Positions 9,737-20,481 of a stretch of DNA of 64,000 nt are shown piece by piece. The DNA is taken from positions 1,120,001-1,184,000 of the forward strand of contig CP166615.1 of the NCBI GenBank assembly GCA_041937175.2. Direction: 5' to 3'. The position numbers and the translations under genes were made by a program. Each line of letters begins with the position of its first letter. Position 1 is the first letter of the stretch. The notes below the pieces were generated by a model. The model ran no database searches, was not told the origin of the DNA, and worked only from the letters and a program-made list of their open reading frames with translations. The DNA comes from Limnothrix sp. BL-A-16 (GTDB taxonomy: Bacteria > Cyanobacteriota > Cyanobacteriia > CACIAM-69d).

Positions 9737-10222
9737 GAAAGTTCCGAAAATGAGGGTTGCCGTACGGGTAGCTGGCGCGGAGGCTGGCTTTTGCTCGACC
9801 CGATCCGAGCAAGATTGCAACGCGACTCGATCACAGCCGTTTCAAACAAGCGGGGCGATCGGGGGTCGCTAGGTCGTCGTTGGCTGACTAAGCGCCGATT
9901 TACCATCATCCCCAAGGCTTGGTGTTCTGTCAACTTGTTCTGTTAACCATTTGTTCTATTAGCCATGACTGAACTTAGGCATTGAACTTAGGCATTGAAC
10001 TCATGGCAGATCTGAGCGATCGGCCAATTTCTATTCCCCAATCCATGACCTGACCGGTTCGTGACTGCGCCATTCATGAACTCATCACCCTTCTCCCGAT
10101 TTCCCAGCGCCGGCCTTGATCGATGCTTCAGCGTTTCTCGCATTAGGATCTCCATTAGCATCGCGTCCGATCCAACCTCGATCGCTCCCCACTAGGCTCC
10201 CCAAGCAAGCGCCCAACGGATT

Positions 10223-11935
10223 TTGAATCATCGCTGGCTGGTCAAATTTGGGAACATTGCGCAACCCGGCTCCCGAGGAGAACTGGTCGGGGCCATTATT
10301 TTTGTGGCGATCGCCTACGGACTTGCGGCCTATGTGGCCGTCTCCCTACCAGGTCTGCACCAAATTGGCACAGCGGTTTGGCCGGCGGCCGGCATTGCCC
10401 AAGCGGCCCTGATGTTGGGTGGTTTTCGGCTGTGGCCGGCGATCGCCATTGGCATCAATTTCTATGACCTGATCCACCCGGGAATCACGATTCCCCTGTT
10501 GGGACTGTTTGGCTGCACGGGTGCAACGGTTCAGGCTGTCCTGGGAGTGTGGCTATTTCGGCGGCTGGGGGGCAGCAATGTGTTCGATCGGGTGTCGAAT
10601 GTGCTGAAGTTTTTGGTCAGCAGCGTGCTGATTGCCCCCCAAATTAATTGCACCTGCGGTGTGTTGGCCCTGTGCTTGACCGGTAACTTGCCTTGGTCGG
10701 AGTTTGCAACGGTGCGTTGGGGCTGGTTTTTGGGCGATGCCATGGGCGTATTGGTCTTTGTGCCGCTGATTTTGATGGTGGCCCAACTCCAGCGGCAAGA
10801 TTGGCAACGAATCACGCAACTGCGCCCACATAAAAGCACGCGTCGATCGCTGCTGCGCACCCTCTGGCTCGGGCTATTACTCGGCAGCAGCGGCATCGTC
10901 TTTTGGGCCCAAACGGAGGCGGATATTGCCCGCTATCCTTTGGAATATTTGCCTTTTCCCCTGGTGGTGTGGGCGGGGATGCAGTTTGGGCCAAGGGCCG
11001 CAGCGGTGGGGTCATTTCTGATTTCAGCGATCGCGATCGGGGGCACGGCCTTTGGGATGGGCCCCTTTGTGGCCAAAGCCAGCAGCACCCAACAGGCGGT
11101 GCTGTTTTTGCAGGCCTTTTTGGGTGTAATCACGATTACTTCGATGGTGTTGTCGGCGGCGGAATCCGAGCGCTCCCGCTCGGCGCGATCGCTCGCCGCT
11201 CTCAACCGTGAACTAGAGCAGCGCGTGGCTCGCCGTACCGCCCAACTGGCGGCCCAGACCGAGCGGATCAACGACCTGTTACACAACATCTTGCCCGCTG
11301 GCGTGGCGGAACAACTGGCCAGCGGCTCCCAAACCGTGGCGGAAACCTTTAACGATGTGACTGTTTTGTTTGCGGACATCGTGGATTTCACCAGCTTTGC
11401 CGCCCAGCATCCGCCCACGGTGGTGGTGCAATTCCTGAATGATGTGTTTTGCACCTTCGATGACTTGGTGGAGCAATATGGCCTGGAAAAAATCAAGACG
11501 ATCGGGGATGCCTACATGGTAGTGGGCGGTGTGCCCAAGCCCCGATCGAACAGTGCCTTTGCGATCGCCCATTTAGCCCTGGCCATGCAACAGGCGATCG
11601 GGCAATATCGCAAGCCCGATGGCAGCCCCTTTCGGTTGCGGATCGGGATCCACAGCGGCAGCGCCGTGGCTGGAGTGATTGGCATGAAAAAGCTGGTCTA
11701 TGACCTGTGGGGCGACACGGTGAATGTGGCCAGCCGGATGGAAACCCTGGGGCAGCCGGGCCGAATCCAGGTCAGCCAAGCCGCCTTCGATCGCCTGCAC
11801 AGCTATTTCCACTTGGAGCAACGGGGCACAATTGCTGTGAAGGGCAAAGGCGAAATGATCACCTATTGGTTAATCGGTGAACTCAGCAGCCACCAAGAGT
11901 CAGATCCTGATTTGCATCCACATCCCCCGTCATGA
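10223..11935 (+). CDS. MASE1-domain class III adenylate/guanylate cyclase
   Basis: Multi-TM MASE1 domain (VWPAAGIA, WFLGDAMGVL), a coiled coil, and cyclase motifs VLFADIVDFT, EKIKTIGDAYM and YDLWGDTVNVASRME. Confidence 0.92.
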   Translation: MNHRWLVKFGNIAQPGSRGELVGAIIFVAIAYGLAAYVAVSLPGLHQIGTAVWPAAGIAQAALMLGGFRLWPAIAIGINFYDLIHPGITIPLLGLFGCTGATVQAVLGVWLFRRLGGSNVFDRVSNVLKFLVSSVLIAPQINCTCGVLALCLTGNLPWSEFATVRWGWFLGDAMGVLVFVPLILMVAQLQRQDWQRITQLRPHKSTRRSLLRTLWLGLLLGSSGIVFWAQTEADIARYPLEYLPFPLVVWAGMQFGPRAAAVGSFLISAIAIGGTAFGMGPFVAKASSTQQAVLFLQAFLGVITITSMVLSAAESERSRSARSLAALNRELEQRVARRTAQLAAQTERINDLLHNILPAGVAEQLASGSQTVAETFNDVTVLFADIVDFTSFAAQHPPTVVVQFLNDVFCTFDDLVEQYGLEKIKTIGDAYMVVGGVPKPRSNSAFAIAHLALAMQQAIGQYRKPDGSPFRLRIGIHSGSAVAGVIGMKKLVYDLWGDTVNVASRMETLGQPGRIQVSQAAFDRLHSYFHLEQRGTIAVKGKGEMITYWLIGELSSHQESDPDLHPHPPS

Positions 11936-11980
11936 GCTACTGCTTAAACCCCCGTTGCACTGCCCCCGAAAATGGCGATG

Positions 11981-12442
11981 CTAGTTCAGCGTTGCGGCCC
12001 CAAAGGTGGCATTGAACTGTTGGCACCAAATGGCCACGGATTGGTACTGCGCCAAATTGAGATTGTTGGGGATCACGTAACGTTGGGAACCGGAGGTTTT
12101 TTGCAACGCACTCAACACCACGTACTGGCCTTCCGTCAGTTGCATTCCCGGTCGAGCGGATCGATGCAACACCACCTTCAGAGCTGGGCCATTGTCACTG
12201 CGGAAGTTGTTGCCAAATTCCAAAATCTTCTGAGAGCCTTCCATGACGATTCGGGCTGTGCCTTGGGTGGGATGCTCCAGGGCCATGAAGTTTCCGGACT
12301 TGAGCACCCTTGCTGATTGCTTGGGCAGGGTGATGCGGCTTTGCTGGGCTAGGGTGGCAGAGGGGCTTTGTGCAACGGCCATGGAAGCAACCGGGGCGAT
12401 CGCGCTCATAGCCAAAACCAACGCTACAACAGTCCGTTTCAT
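11981..12442 (-). CDS. Secreted DM13-domain protein
   Basis: Signal peptide; HPTQGTA, GPALKVVL and QYQSVAIWCQQFNATFG. Confidence 0.88.
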   Translation of the reverse strand: MKRTVVALVLAMSAIAPVASMAVAQSPSATLAQQSRITLPKQSARVLKSGNFMALEHPTQGTARIVMEGSQKILEFGNNFRSDNGPALKVVLHRSARPGMQLTEGQYVVLSALQKTSGSQRYVIPNNLNLAQYQSVAIWCQQFNATFGAATLN

Positions 12443-12522
12443 AACGATTCAGTCCTCGGAACCTAAAGATTGGGTCGCTGAAAAATCTGGCGTGGCGGCG
12501 GCAAGGTAGCAATCCTGAGGAA

Positions 12523-12579
12523 TCCACAGGGTCTCTACACAACACCCGTGCAACATTTCCACAGGATCTCTACACAACA
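12523..12579. promoter_or_regulatory. 22-bp direct repeat upstream of the DM13 gene (candidate operator or promoter duplication)
   Basis: TCCACAGG(G/A)TCTCTACACAACA at 12523-12544 and 12558-12579. Confidence 0.45.
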
Positions 12580-12768
12580 AGGTTTGAGGCGATCGCGCTG
12601 GTTGGGGTTGCTGGGTTGCCTGTCCACATTTACCAAGGTAGACGGGCAAGATGAGTCCCAGATGAGTGGGAAATGAGGCGCGGCGATCGGGTCGATCGAG
12701 TGGTTGATTGCTCTGCAAATTCGCTAGTGCTCAATGCGGCCAGCCCATCACCCTCGAGGTCTTAAGCC

Positions 12769-13947
12769 TCAAACCTTCAGGAACCAGCCCCGGCGATAGA
12801 ACCCATACATGGCCAGCCACCACAGCAGCACCATGGCGATCGCAAATAGCAACGAGCCGCTCATGGGGCCTGCCCAGGAAGCAAACAGGGTTTGATAGAG
12901 CCATTGATAGGTGCTGGGGGCATCGGGGCCACTGCCAATGTGGGTGCGGTTCAGCAGCCGCCCCACCAACCCGGAACCCACAAAAGCCGCGATCGCGTTC
13001 ATTCCAAAAATTTCAAAGGGGCGGCTAATGCCGTGGGCGCGCCGAATTTCCGTGAGAGCATAGCACCCCGCAAGCAAGACGATCGACCAACCGGCGGCAT
13101 AGAGCGCATAGGAACTGGTCCAAAGTTGCTTATTTAGCGGTAATGCCAAATCCCAAAGCCGACCCAGGGCGATCGCCCCTACGCCGGCCCCCGTCAAGCG
13201 CCAGGCGGTTAGGGCTTTGATGGGCTGGGTTTTCAGCCACTGCACCGCCCAATAGCCCGCGAGGGTGGATCCGATCGCGGGGATGGTGCTCAACAGCCCT
13301 TCCGGGTCAAAGGCCACGGTTTGTTGATTCAGGGTGAGTTGGTAAAGATGACTTGCGCCGAGCAGGGTTCGATCGACCCAACCGACGATCGACCCATCGG
13401 GCGTGAGCGGCGTGGTGCTCAACAGGGCCCAATAGCCCAACCACAGGCCCGCCACGGCGATCGCTTGGGCCCGTCGAGAGCAGTGCAAAACCAGGAGCGC
13501 CGAAGCACCATAGGCCAGGGCAATTCGCTGCAAAACGCCCAAAATTCGCCACTTTTCCCACAGGAGCGGGGCCCCTTCAAACCAAGTTCGCATCAACAGG
13601 GTGGAGGCATTCAGGGCTAAACCTAAGCCAAATAAAATCAGTACCCGTTGCAGCAATTTGCGATGGATTTGTCGCTGCTGGGGGCGATCGAGTGGGGCCT
13701 TTTCCGCCACACGCCCCAAGGAGAAGGCCATGGCTCCCCCAATCACGAACAAAAACAGCGGAAAGACCAAATCCGTGGGCGTGAATCCGTGCCACTCGGC
13801 GTGGAGCAGGGGGGGATAAACCTGGGCCCAACTGCCCGGATTGTTCACCAAAATCATGGCGGCGATCGCCAGGCCCCGCAGCAGGTCTAAGCATCGAAAC
13901 CTTGGGGGTTTGGTAGGTTCGGCGGGCAAAGGGCGATCGACCGTCAT
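12769..13947 (-). CDS. DUF5009/NagX-like membrane acyltransferase (heparan-alpha-glucosaminide N-acetyltransferase family)
   Basis: LDLLRGLAIAAMILVNNPG, TPTDLVFPLFLF, GVLQRIA, FDPEGLLST and NKQLWTSSY. Start uncertain. Confidence 0.88.
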   Translation of the reverse strand: MTVDRPLPAEPTKPPRFRCLDLLRGLAIAAMILVNNPGSWAQVYPPLLHAEWHGFTPTDLVFPLFLFVIGGAMAFSLGRVAEKAPLDRPQQRQIHRKLLQRVLILFGLGLALNASTLLMRTWFEGAPLLWEKWRILGVLQRIALAYGASALLVLHCSRRAQAIAVAGLWLGYWALLSTTPLTPDGSIVGWVDRTLLGASHLYQLTLNQQTVAFDPEGLLSTIPAIGSTLAGYWAVQWLKTQPIKALTAWRLTGAGVGAIALGRLWDLALPLNKQLWTSSYALYAAGWSIVLLAGCYALTEIRRAHGISRPFEIFGMNAIAAFVGSGLVGRLLNRTHIGSGPDAPSTYQWLYQTLFASWAGPMSGSLLFAIAMVLLWWLAMYGFYRRGWFLKV

Positions 13948-14238
13948 AGCAAAACCGGTGGGCAATCAACCGGCGCAAACAACTGAAAGCAAGAATACAA
14001 ACTTGCGATACCAGCTTGCGATACTGGCTTGCGATACCGGTTAGGGGCGATTCATTAGCAATGGATCAGCCACTGAAAGCCGGGTGCTAGGCTGGACGGG
14101 AGGAATGGGCGATCGGGCCCCGGTTGAGCTTTCATTCAGCCATCCCAATTGGCCAGTTCCCGATTCAAATCCCGATTCAAATTCCAACCCCAGTCCCGAC
14201 CCGCGTGCAAACCCGCGTCCTCACCTGATTTCCAACCT

Positions 14239-14484
14239 ATGAGCGAATTGCAAGACTCTGACCGTTTCACCCTGGCCGCGGGCGATCGGGTGCGGCTTGT
14301 GGCCCTGCCGCCCTACGTCAAAACGGCGGAACCGCTGCCAATGTTGCGGCCGCCATCGGTTTTGGCGATCGGGGATTTGGGGACGGTGCTGGGTTGTCGG
14401 CCCGGGAACTGTTGGGCCATTCGGTTTGCCAATGGGGCTTATCTGCTGACGGCGCAATATCTGGAACGGGTACAGACCCCCTGA
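14239..14484 (+). CDS. sipA: NblS-interacting regulatory protein SipA (DUF3148)
   Basis: GDRVRLVALPPYVKTAEPLPMLRPP...WAIRFANGAYLL. Start at the ATG at 14239. Confidence 0.88.
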   Translation: MSELQDSDRFTLAAGDRVRLVALPPYVKTAEPLPMLRPPSVLAIGDLGTVLGCRPGNCWAIRFANGAYLLTAQYLERVQTP

Positions 14485-14528
14485 ATGCTGAATCCCAATT
14501 CCTGAAGTAAATTTGCTGAATCTTCTGA

Positions 14529-14720
14529 GAGGATGTCTGAGAAGTCACTTGGGGGACTTGCGAAGGTGTTCGTAACCTTGGGGGCAAGGGGCTTAAGCCC
14601 CTTGTCTTCGTCGCTCGATGCAACGTTGCTTGATGCAACGTCGCTTGATGCAACGTCGCTTGATGCAACGTCGCTCGATGCAATCCACAAAGTAGTAGTT
14701 TGGGCTTTTCAGACATCCTC
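14529..14720. mobile_element. MITE (family 1, about 192 bp) with GAGGATGTCTGA(G/A)AAG terminal inverted repeats and TGA target duplication
   Basis: TGA|GAGGATGTCTGAGAAG ... CTTTTCAGACATCCTC|TGA. Contains the 20-bp palindrome (14585-14604) and five 15-bp repeats TCGCTTGATGCAACG (14611-14683). Confidence 0.85.
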
Positions 14721-14758
14721 TGAATTTTCTGATCCAATTGAGCTAGAGCAGAGACCAT

Positions 14759-15268
14759 ATGGGTGTCAGGGCGATCTATCCGGGGAGTTTTGACCCCATC
14801 ACCTTGGGGCATTTGGATATCATTGAGCGAGGCTGCCAACTGTTTGATCAGGTGATTGTGGCGGTGTTGCGCAATCCCAACAAACAACCCCTGTTCGAGG
14901 TGGCCCAACGGATTGAACTGATTGAGCGATCGACCAACCATTTAAGCAATGTTAAGGTCGATACCTTCAATGGTTTGACGGTGGAGTACGCTCGACAGCA
15001 AAAGGCAACCGTATTATTACGGGGATTGCGCGTGTTGTCGGATTTTGAGTACGAGCTGCAAATGGCCCATACCAACAAGACGCTCTCCGAGGCGATCGAG
15101 ACCGTCTTTTTGGCAACGCGCAATGAGTATAGTTTTTTGAGTAGTAGCTTGGTGAAAGAGATCGCCCGCTTTGGTGGCCCGGTCGATCGCCTCGTTCCCG
15201 ATCCTGTTGTTGCGGAGATTCAGCGATGTTTTCCTCAGATGCCTCTGGTTTCGCCCCCCAGCCCGTAG
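14759..15268 (+). CDS. coaD: Pantetheine-phosphate adenylyltransferase
   Basis: [22 protein letters not shown] and SSSLVKEIA. Confidence 0.97.
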   Translation: MGVRAIYPGSFDPITLGHLDIIERGCQLFDQVIVAVLRNPNKQPLFEVAQRIELIERSTNHLSNVKVDTFNGLTVEYARQQKATVLLRGLRVLSDFEYELQMAHTNKTLSEAIETVFLATRNEYSFLSSSLVKEIARFGGPVDRLVPDPVVAEIQRCFPQMPLVSPPSP

Positions 15269-15921
15269 CGGATTCGGCAGCTTCGGCGGCGGAACCGGCA
15301 GCGAATGAGACGCAATCGGCGGCGAATTCCCAGGGGCGATCGAGCGGCTTTGATGTGCAACGGGCCCTCGATCGGCTTGAAGAAATCGTGCTGGACAGTC
15401 CCCGCATTCCCTTTGGGCGACGCACGTTGGTGGATGAGGAAGTGTTGCTGGATCAACTGGATTCGGTGCGGCTGAATTTGCCCGCCGCCTTCCGGGAGGC
15501 CGAGGCGATCGTGCGGCAACGGGAGCAAATTCTCTTTGAAGCCCAGCAGCAGGCCAAAGACATCATCGAAGGGGCCAAACAGCAGGCCGCCCGCGCCATT
15601 TCCGAAACGGAGCTGGTGCGCCACGCCCAACTGGAGGCAGACTCGATTCGGCAGCAAGTGGAAGAAGAATGCCAGGCCGCGCGCGATCGGCTGCTGAATG
15701 AATTAGACCAAACGCGCCAGGCCGCCGCCGCTGAGCTGGAAGAAATGCGGCGGGCCGCCATTTCGGAATGCGAAGCGATTCAGGATGGGGCCGATGATTA
15801 TGCCGATCGGGTCTTGGGCAGCATTGAGCGGCAACTGGGCGACATGCTGCGGGTGATTCGCAACGGTCGCCAACAGTTACAGCAGGAAGCCGATCGCGCC
15901 ATGGGCAAATTGGGCAAATAG
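15226..15921 (+). CDS. cdv3: DivIVA-like coiled-coil cell division protein (Cdv3-like)
   Basis: [15 protein letters not shown]...LPAAFREA...GADDYAD coiled coil. Its position directly after coaD matches cyanobacterial cdv3. Confidence 0.75.
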   Translation: MFSSDASGFAPQPVADSAASAAEPAANETQSAANSQGRSSGFDVQRALDRLEEIVLDSPRIPFGRRTLVDEEVLLDQLDSVRLNLPAAFREAEAIVRQREQILFEAQQQAKDIIEGAKQQAARAISETELVRHAQLEADSIRQQVEEECQAARDRLLNELDQTRQAAAAELEEMRRAAISECEAIQDGADDYADRVLGSIERQLGDMLRVIRNGRQQLQQEADRAMGKLGK

Positions 15922-15944
15922 CCAAAACCCGTGCGGAGTTGCCC

Positions 15945-16718
15945 CTAATTGCTCAGCTCGCCGTCTTCCAGGTGGGCCACCCGATCGGCAATGTCTATAA
16001 TCCGGGGATCGTGGGTCACAATCACGATCGTGCTGCCATCTTCCTTGGCCAAACTCCGCAACAGTTCCATCACCCCGTGACCATTGCGGGAGTCCAACGC
16101 GGCCGTTGGTTCATCGGCCAAAATCAGCGGTGGATGGCCCGCCAAGGCCCGGGCGATCGCCACCCGTTGTTTTTCCCCACCCGACATCACCTTGGGCAGA
16201 TGATCCGCTCGATGGCTCAAGGCCACGCGATCGAGCAATTTGCGTGCCATCTTCTTAGCCTGGGGGCCGCGAATGCCCTTTAAATTCAGGGCCACTTCCA
16301 CGTTTTCCGCCGCCGACAGGGCCGGAAACAGATTGAACCCCTGAAACACAAATCCAATATTTTGGAGCCGGAAATTAGCCAACTGCTTGGGAGACAACTG
16401 GGTAATCGTCTGGCCCAGCAAATCCACATGGCCGCTGGTGGGGGTCAAAATGCCCGCCAAAATTGACAGCAGCGTGGTTTTGCCCGACCCCGACGGCCCC
16501 ATCAGCAATTGAATGTCCCCCCGCTTCACCCGCAGGCTCACATCCTTCAGCACATGGATGGCTTCATCGCCACCGCTGTAGCGCATGTCAACATGCCGCG
16601 CGTCGATCGCCCAAGTACAATCGCCTTTGCCCTCGTGGCAGCGATCGCGACGGATCAGGGGTGGCGACACCGGAGCGGTTAAAGCGGGCGCAGTCGTGAA
16701 ATTGGTAGACGCGGTCAT
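15945..16718 (-). CDS. ABC transporter ATP-binding protein (DevA/LolD-like)
   Basis: Walker A GPSGSGKT, signature MSGGEKQR, ILADEPT and VTHD. Confidence 0.93.
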   Translation of the reverse strand: MTASTNFTTAPALTAPVSPPLIRRDRCHEGKGDCTWAIDARHVDMRYSGGDEAIHVLKDVSLRVKRGDIQLLMGPSGSGKTTLLSILAGILTPTSGHVDLLGQTITQLSPKQLANFRLQNIGFVFQGFNLFPALSAAENVEVALNLKGIRGPQAKKMARKLLDRVALSHRADHLPKVMSGGEKQRVAIARALAGHPPLILADEPTAALDSRNGHGVMELLRSLAKEDGSTIVIVTHDPRIIDIADRVAHLEDGELSN

Positions 16719-17533
16719 GGGGGAAACGGCTGGTTTAAGGATGGGAGATGATACCGATTCGATCGAGGTGGGTGGTGGGGGTAGAGCTTAGTGTAAGCGG
16801 TTAACCGACCTAGCCGAGGTGACTAATCGATCAGTTCTTGGCGATCGGGAACAGGAGGCCCATTAACCACTTCATTAATTGTCTATAGCTCTCCATTTTA
16901 GAATTGTCTATTTTCAAGGTTGCCCAGGATTGGGGGAAACTTTGGGAATTCGCGACCCCAGGCGATCGATATTCCCAGTTTCAGCCACAGGGATCTGGTT
17001 ATTTCCGTCCATGACAGACAATTTCAGAAGCGGCTACAAAAATAGCCCAATGAGAAAAGCAAGCCAAAAGCAGGTCAAAAATCACTCACAGGCGACTCAA
17101 AAGCAAAGTTAATCAAAACATAGAGTAATCCTCAATTGCCGGAAGACACGAGATAAATAACTAAAATGATGACCAATAAAACAACCAGAGAAAGCATTGC
17201 ATTACAGGGCAGAAACGAGAAAATATAGAAATAATATTAAAGCAATCTTAAGTTGATTTTCAAAGAATGAGAAAACGATAATAAAACAAAGATTAGGCAA
17301 TGGGGCGATCGATTAGTTCCTGGTTGATTTTCTAATTGATTTACTCTGATTGACTCAAAAATGCTGATTGATATGAATTGCGAATCATTAAAACCGCAAA
17401 CACCTACGAATGACCGATCAGCAACTCATGCAAAACCAGTTCATGATTAATAAATCACTCATGAATGGCTAAGGATGGGGCACAGACTGATTGATCGCAT
17501 CTTAGCGCAATCGCCGGATCATGATGACTCTTT

Positions 17534-18775
17534 CTAAGCCTTGAAAACCACAGCGGGGTCAATGCGATTAACCTTTTGAATGGCAAACAGGGCCGAACTG
17601 ACGCACATCACCACCGTCACGCCAAAGGTCAAAAAGGCGCTAAGGGGCGTAATGGCAATGACAACACCGGCTGTGGTGGCAAATTGCGCCACACCCACGC
17701 AGAGGCCGATGCCGGGTAAGTATCCCAAGACTGCCATCCAAAGGGACTGTTCAACAATAATGCCGCGCAAAACCCAACTGGAAGCGCCCATGGCCTTGAG
17801 GGTGGCGAATTCGCGGACGCGCTCGCTGGCGGAGGCGTAAAGAATTTGGCCCACGATCGCGATGCCCACGATCGCCCCGACGATCGCCCCGAGGGTCAAG
17901 ATAAACCCCACCCCCGTGCGATCGCGCCAGTAGGTTTGCGAGAGGCGGGATAATTCCGCGCGGGTGAAGGCTCGGGAGTCTGGCAAGGCTGCTTCAATGC
18001 GGTGTTGGAGATCTGGGATCGAGCTGCCCGGCTTGGCCCGCACCAAAATAAAGTTCACCGGGTCGGACGCATTGAGCGATCGAGGTGGTACGGGGCGATC
18101 GGCTCCGGTGGGCTTGGGGCTGACCCGATTCACACAATCCAGCCCCCCATCGGGCTGCACACTACAGGTCAACCGCGATTCCCGTCCGGCACTCAGCAGA
18201 CTGTTGGCCGACACGGTGGACATAAACAAAAACGGGCTGAACACGATCGATTGCAACCCTTGACCCACCGCGCCCACTTGCAATGGGGTGGAACCCACCG
18301 TGCCCCGATCGCCCACCCGCGACAGCCCCAACTTCCGAAGGTTCGTCACGTCAGTGATCACTCGGTAGGGTTGTTGAACTTCGGTTGCCCGGCCCTGGGT
18401 CAGGTTCCAGGGTTGAAATAACACCCCATCCGGTTGATAGCCCAAGGTAATCACCGACTCAATCCGATTGTTGGGGGCGCGCCACAGCACTTTGCCAAAA
18501 ATCAACGGTTCCGCCCGTTCCACCCCCGCCAACCGCTGGACACGGCTCAGGTGGTCAAAGGACAGGGGCAGGGTCAGTTCCAAATGCACCAAGTCCTTGG
18601 ATGTGACCCAAATATCGGCCTTGGAGCGATCGACCAGCAGCGATGTGGATTCCGTGAAACCGCGAAACACGCCCGTTTGGATGGTCACCAGGCTCACGGC
18701 AAACAGAATTCCCGCTTGGGCCACCAACAGGCGCGGAATATCTTCAAAGAGGTTTTTACGGGCGATCGAGGGCAT
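17534..18775 (-). CDS. ABC transporter permease (DevC/FtsX/MacB-like)
   Basis: MPSIARKNL...ADIWV periplasmic core, EFATLKAMGA and C-terminal IDPAVVFKA. Confidence 0.9.
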   Translation of the reverse strand: MPSIARKNLFEDIPRLLVAQAGILFAVSLVTIQTGVFRGFTESTSLLVDRSKADIWVTSKDLVHLELTLPLSFDHLSRVQRLAGVERAEPLIFGKVLWRAPNNRIESVITLGYQPDGVLFQPWNLTQGRATEVQQPYRVITDVTNLRKLGLSRVGDRGTVGSTPLQVGAVGQGLQSIVFSPFLFMSTVSANSLLSAGRESRLTCSVQPDGGLDCVNRVSPKPTGADRPVPPRSLNASDPVNFILVRAKPGSSIPDLQHRIEAALPDSRAFTRAELSRLSQTYWRDRTGVGFILTLGAIVGAIVGIAIVGQILYASASERVREFATLKAMGASSWVLRGIIVEQSLWMAVLGYLPGIGLCVGVAQFATTAGVVIAITPLSAFLTFGVTVVMCVSSALFAIQKVNRIDPAVVFKA

Positions 18776-19109
18776 AGACCACCTAAAAAAGAATCGCCAA
18801 GCAGTTCATCGCCTGTGAAATCAATCATCGATCAGAGTGCCGCCAGAATGCCGCCAAAGTGCCGCCAGCTCCGGTCAATAATCCCGATGGAATTGGAACC
18901 GGTTAGGGGCGCAGGTTAGCAGCGTGACTTGTGGGCACGGGTTAGCGGCAATCCGCCCAATCCGCTCAATCAACCTCATCCGACAACCTCATCAGACCCA
19001 GCAATCAGCGCCATCAGAATCAAGAGATGCGCGCCAACGACCGGAGCGGATAAGCTAGGTGTTCTAGTCAGTTTTTTGTATTGCAGTTTTGACGGTTCAT
19101 CGACAGCAG

Positions 19110-19625
19110 ATGCGTCCCAAATTAACAGATTTAAACGATTGGTATCGGGCTGAGTTACTGATGCAGCCAGCCTTCCTGCGAACGATCGACAACATTCGCA
19201 AGCAACTGGAATCTTCCGGCTGGAAAGGAACCTACGAAGAATTTCCCGTCTTTCCCTACGGCACGTCTGAAGAAATCCAAACCCGCGTTACCCTTTTGCA
19301 GCAAGAGTTAACCACCGCCAGCGGCGAACGAGCAGCGGAAATTACGGCGGCGTTGGATGACTTGCCGCAACCCTATCCGGGCTATTGGTTCACCCTGGAG
19401 CACGATGGCCAGTCCACCCGCGTTGACGTGTGGGAACTGTGCTACAGCATTTGCTTCCGCGACTACCAAGCCCTCAGTACCCTCAGCGCGGGCGATGAGG
19501 TGATAGTCACCATTGATTTGGACTTGATTGGGGAGGATGGGGATGTGGACTGGCATCGGCTGGATGAAAAAGCCCAACGGGTGGTGGCGCAAGTGTTCGA
19601 TCGCCTAGCGAGCGCAATCAACTAG
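19110..19625 (+). CDS. Conserved cyanobacterial hypothetical protein
   Basis: ELLMQPAFLRTIDNIRKQLE...WELCYSICF...VDWHRLD. Typical codon pattern and HIP1 content. Confidence 0.75.
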   Translation: MRPKLTDLNDWYRAELLMQPAFLRTIDNIRKQLESSGWKGTYEEFPVFPYGTSEEIQTRVTLLQQELTTASGERAAEITAALDDLPQPYPGYWFTLEHDGQSTRVDVWELCYSICFRDYQALSTLSAGDEVIVTIDLDLIGEDGDVDWHRLDEKAQRVVAQVFDRLASAIN

Positions 19626-19713
19626 CCCTGGATCCGCAATCGATCTGCAATCAATTCGCAATCAACTCGTTGCTGGCTGCGTGGGTTTCATGGGGTGGCA
19701 GGCTCCTTTGGCC

Positions 19714-20085
19714 CTAGCGCAACGAGTTCAGGTCGATCGCCCCCACGCCGCCCCGTTGAATTTGGCGCAAAATAATCCCAAACTGCCACCAAACCGTGAA
19801 CGCTCCGCCCACCGCCACCGGCAGGGAAAGTTTATAGGACAGGGCGATCGGAAACGCGAAGCACTGCAACGTGGCCGCCAAAAAAAAGCCAGCCCCGCCG
19901 GCCATTCCCACAAACGGGAGCCACAATTCAGGCCCTTTCATGGCCGCCGGATCCCGATCGGGCGACTTGAGCCAAACCCGGCCCTGCTCGCGCAAACTCC
20001 TAGCAAAGGCCAACCCCGACAGCGCTCCCGCCGCAACCCCGGCCGCCAACAACACGTAGGGCGATCCGCCGCTGGTGTAATCCAT
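19714..20085 (-). CDS. Hypothetical membrane protein (about 3 TM helices)
   Basis: Three hydrophobic segments. PYVLL N-terminus and AIDL C-terminus resemble a conserved cyanobacterial family. Confidence 0.7.
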   Translation of the reverse strand: MDYTSGGSPYVLLAAGVAAGALSGLAFARSLREQGRVWLKSPDRDPAAMKGPELWLPFVGMAGGAGFFLAATLQCFAFPIALSYKLSLPVAVGGAFTVWWQFGIILRQIQRGGVGAIDLNSLR

Positions 20086-20481
20086 TGTTTCTATTAATGA
20101 CGTTCAAAGCTTATATTCCAAGGCGTTTATTCTATCGTCTCTATTGCCAATGTAGACTAGATGAGAACGATGGGTGTTATCTCCAACCGAATGGGTTCAG
20201 GCTCACGGAACCCAACCCAACCAGCATGGCCCCACAGACCACAAGTCTCGCAATTCTCAACGTTGCCAGTGGTCACGGTGGGGGGTAACTTTGTGCTTGT
20301 CTGCGTCTAGTAAGTTTTGGCCCCACCCGATCGCACGGAAGCTACGGTGATTGGCTCAGGGGGAAAGTTACCGTTGACTAACAGCGGGGGAAGCGGGAAA
20401 TTTTCTAAATTCATCGAAAAATTCATCGAATTCAACAAATTCACCGATCGCCCGTGAGGATTCGTATCTGTGAGTTGCCCA

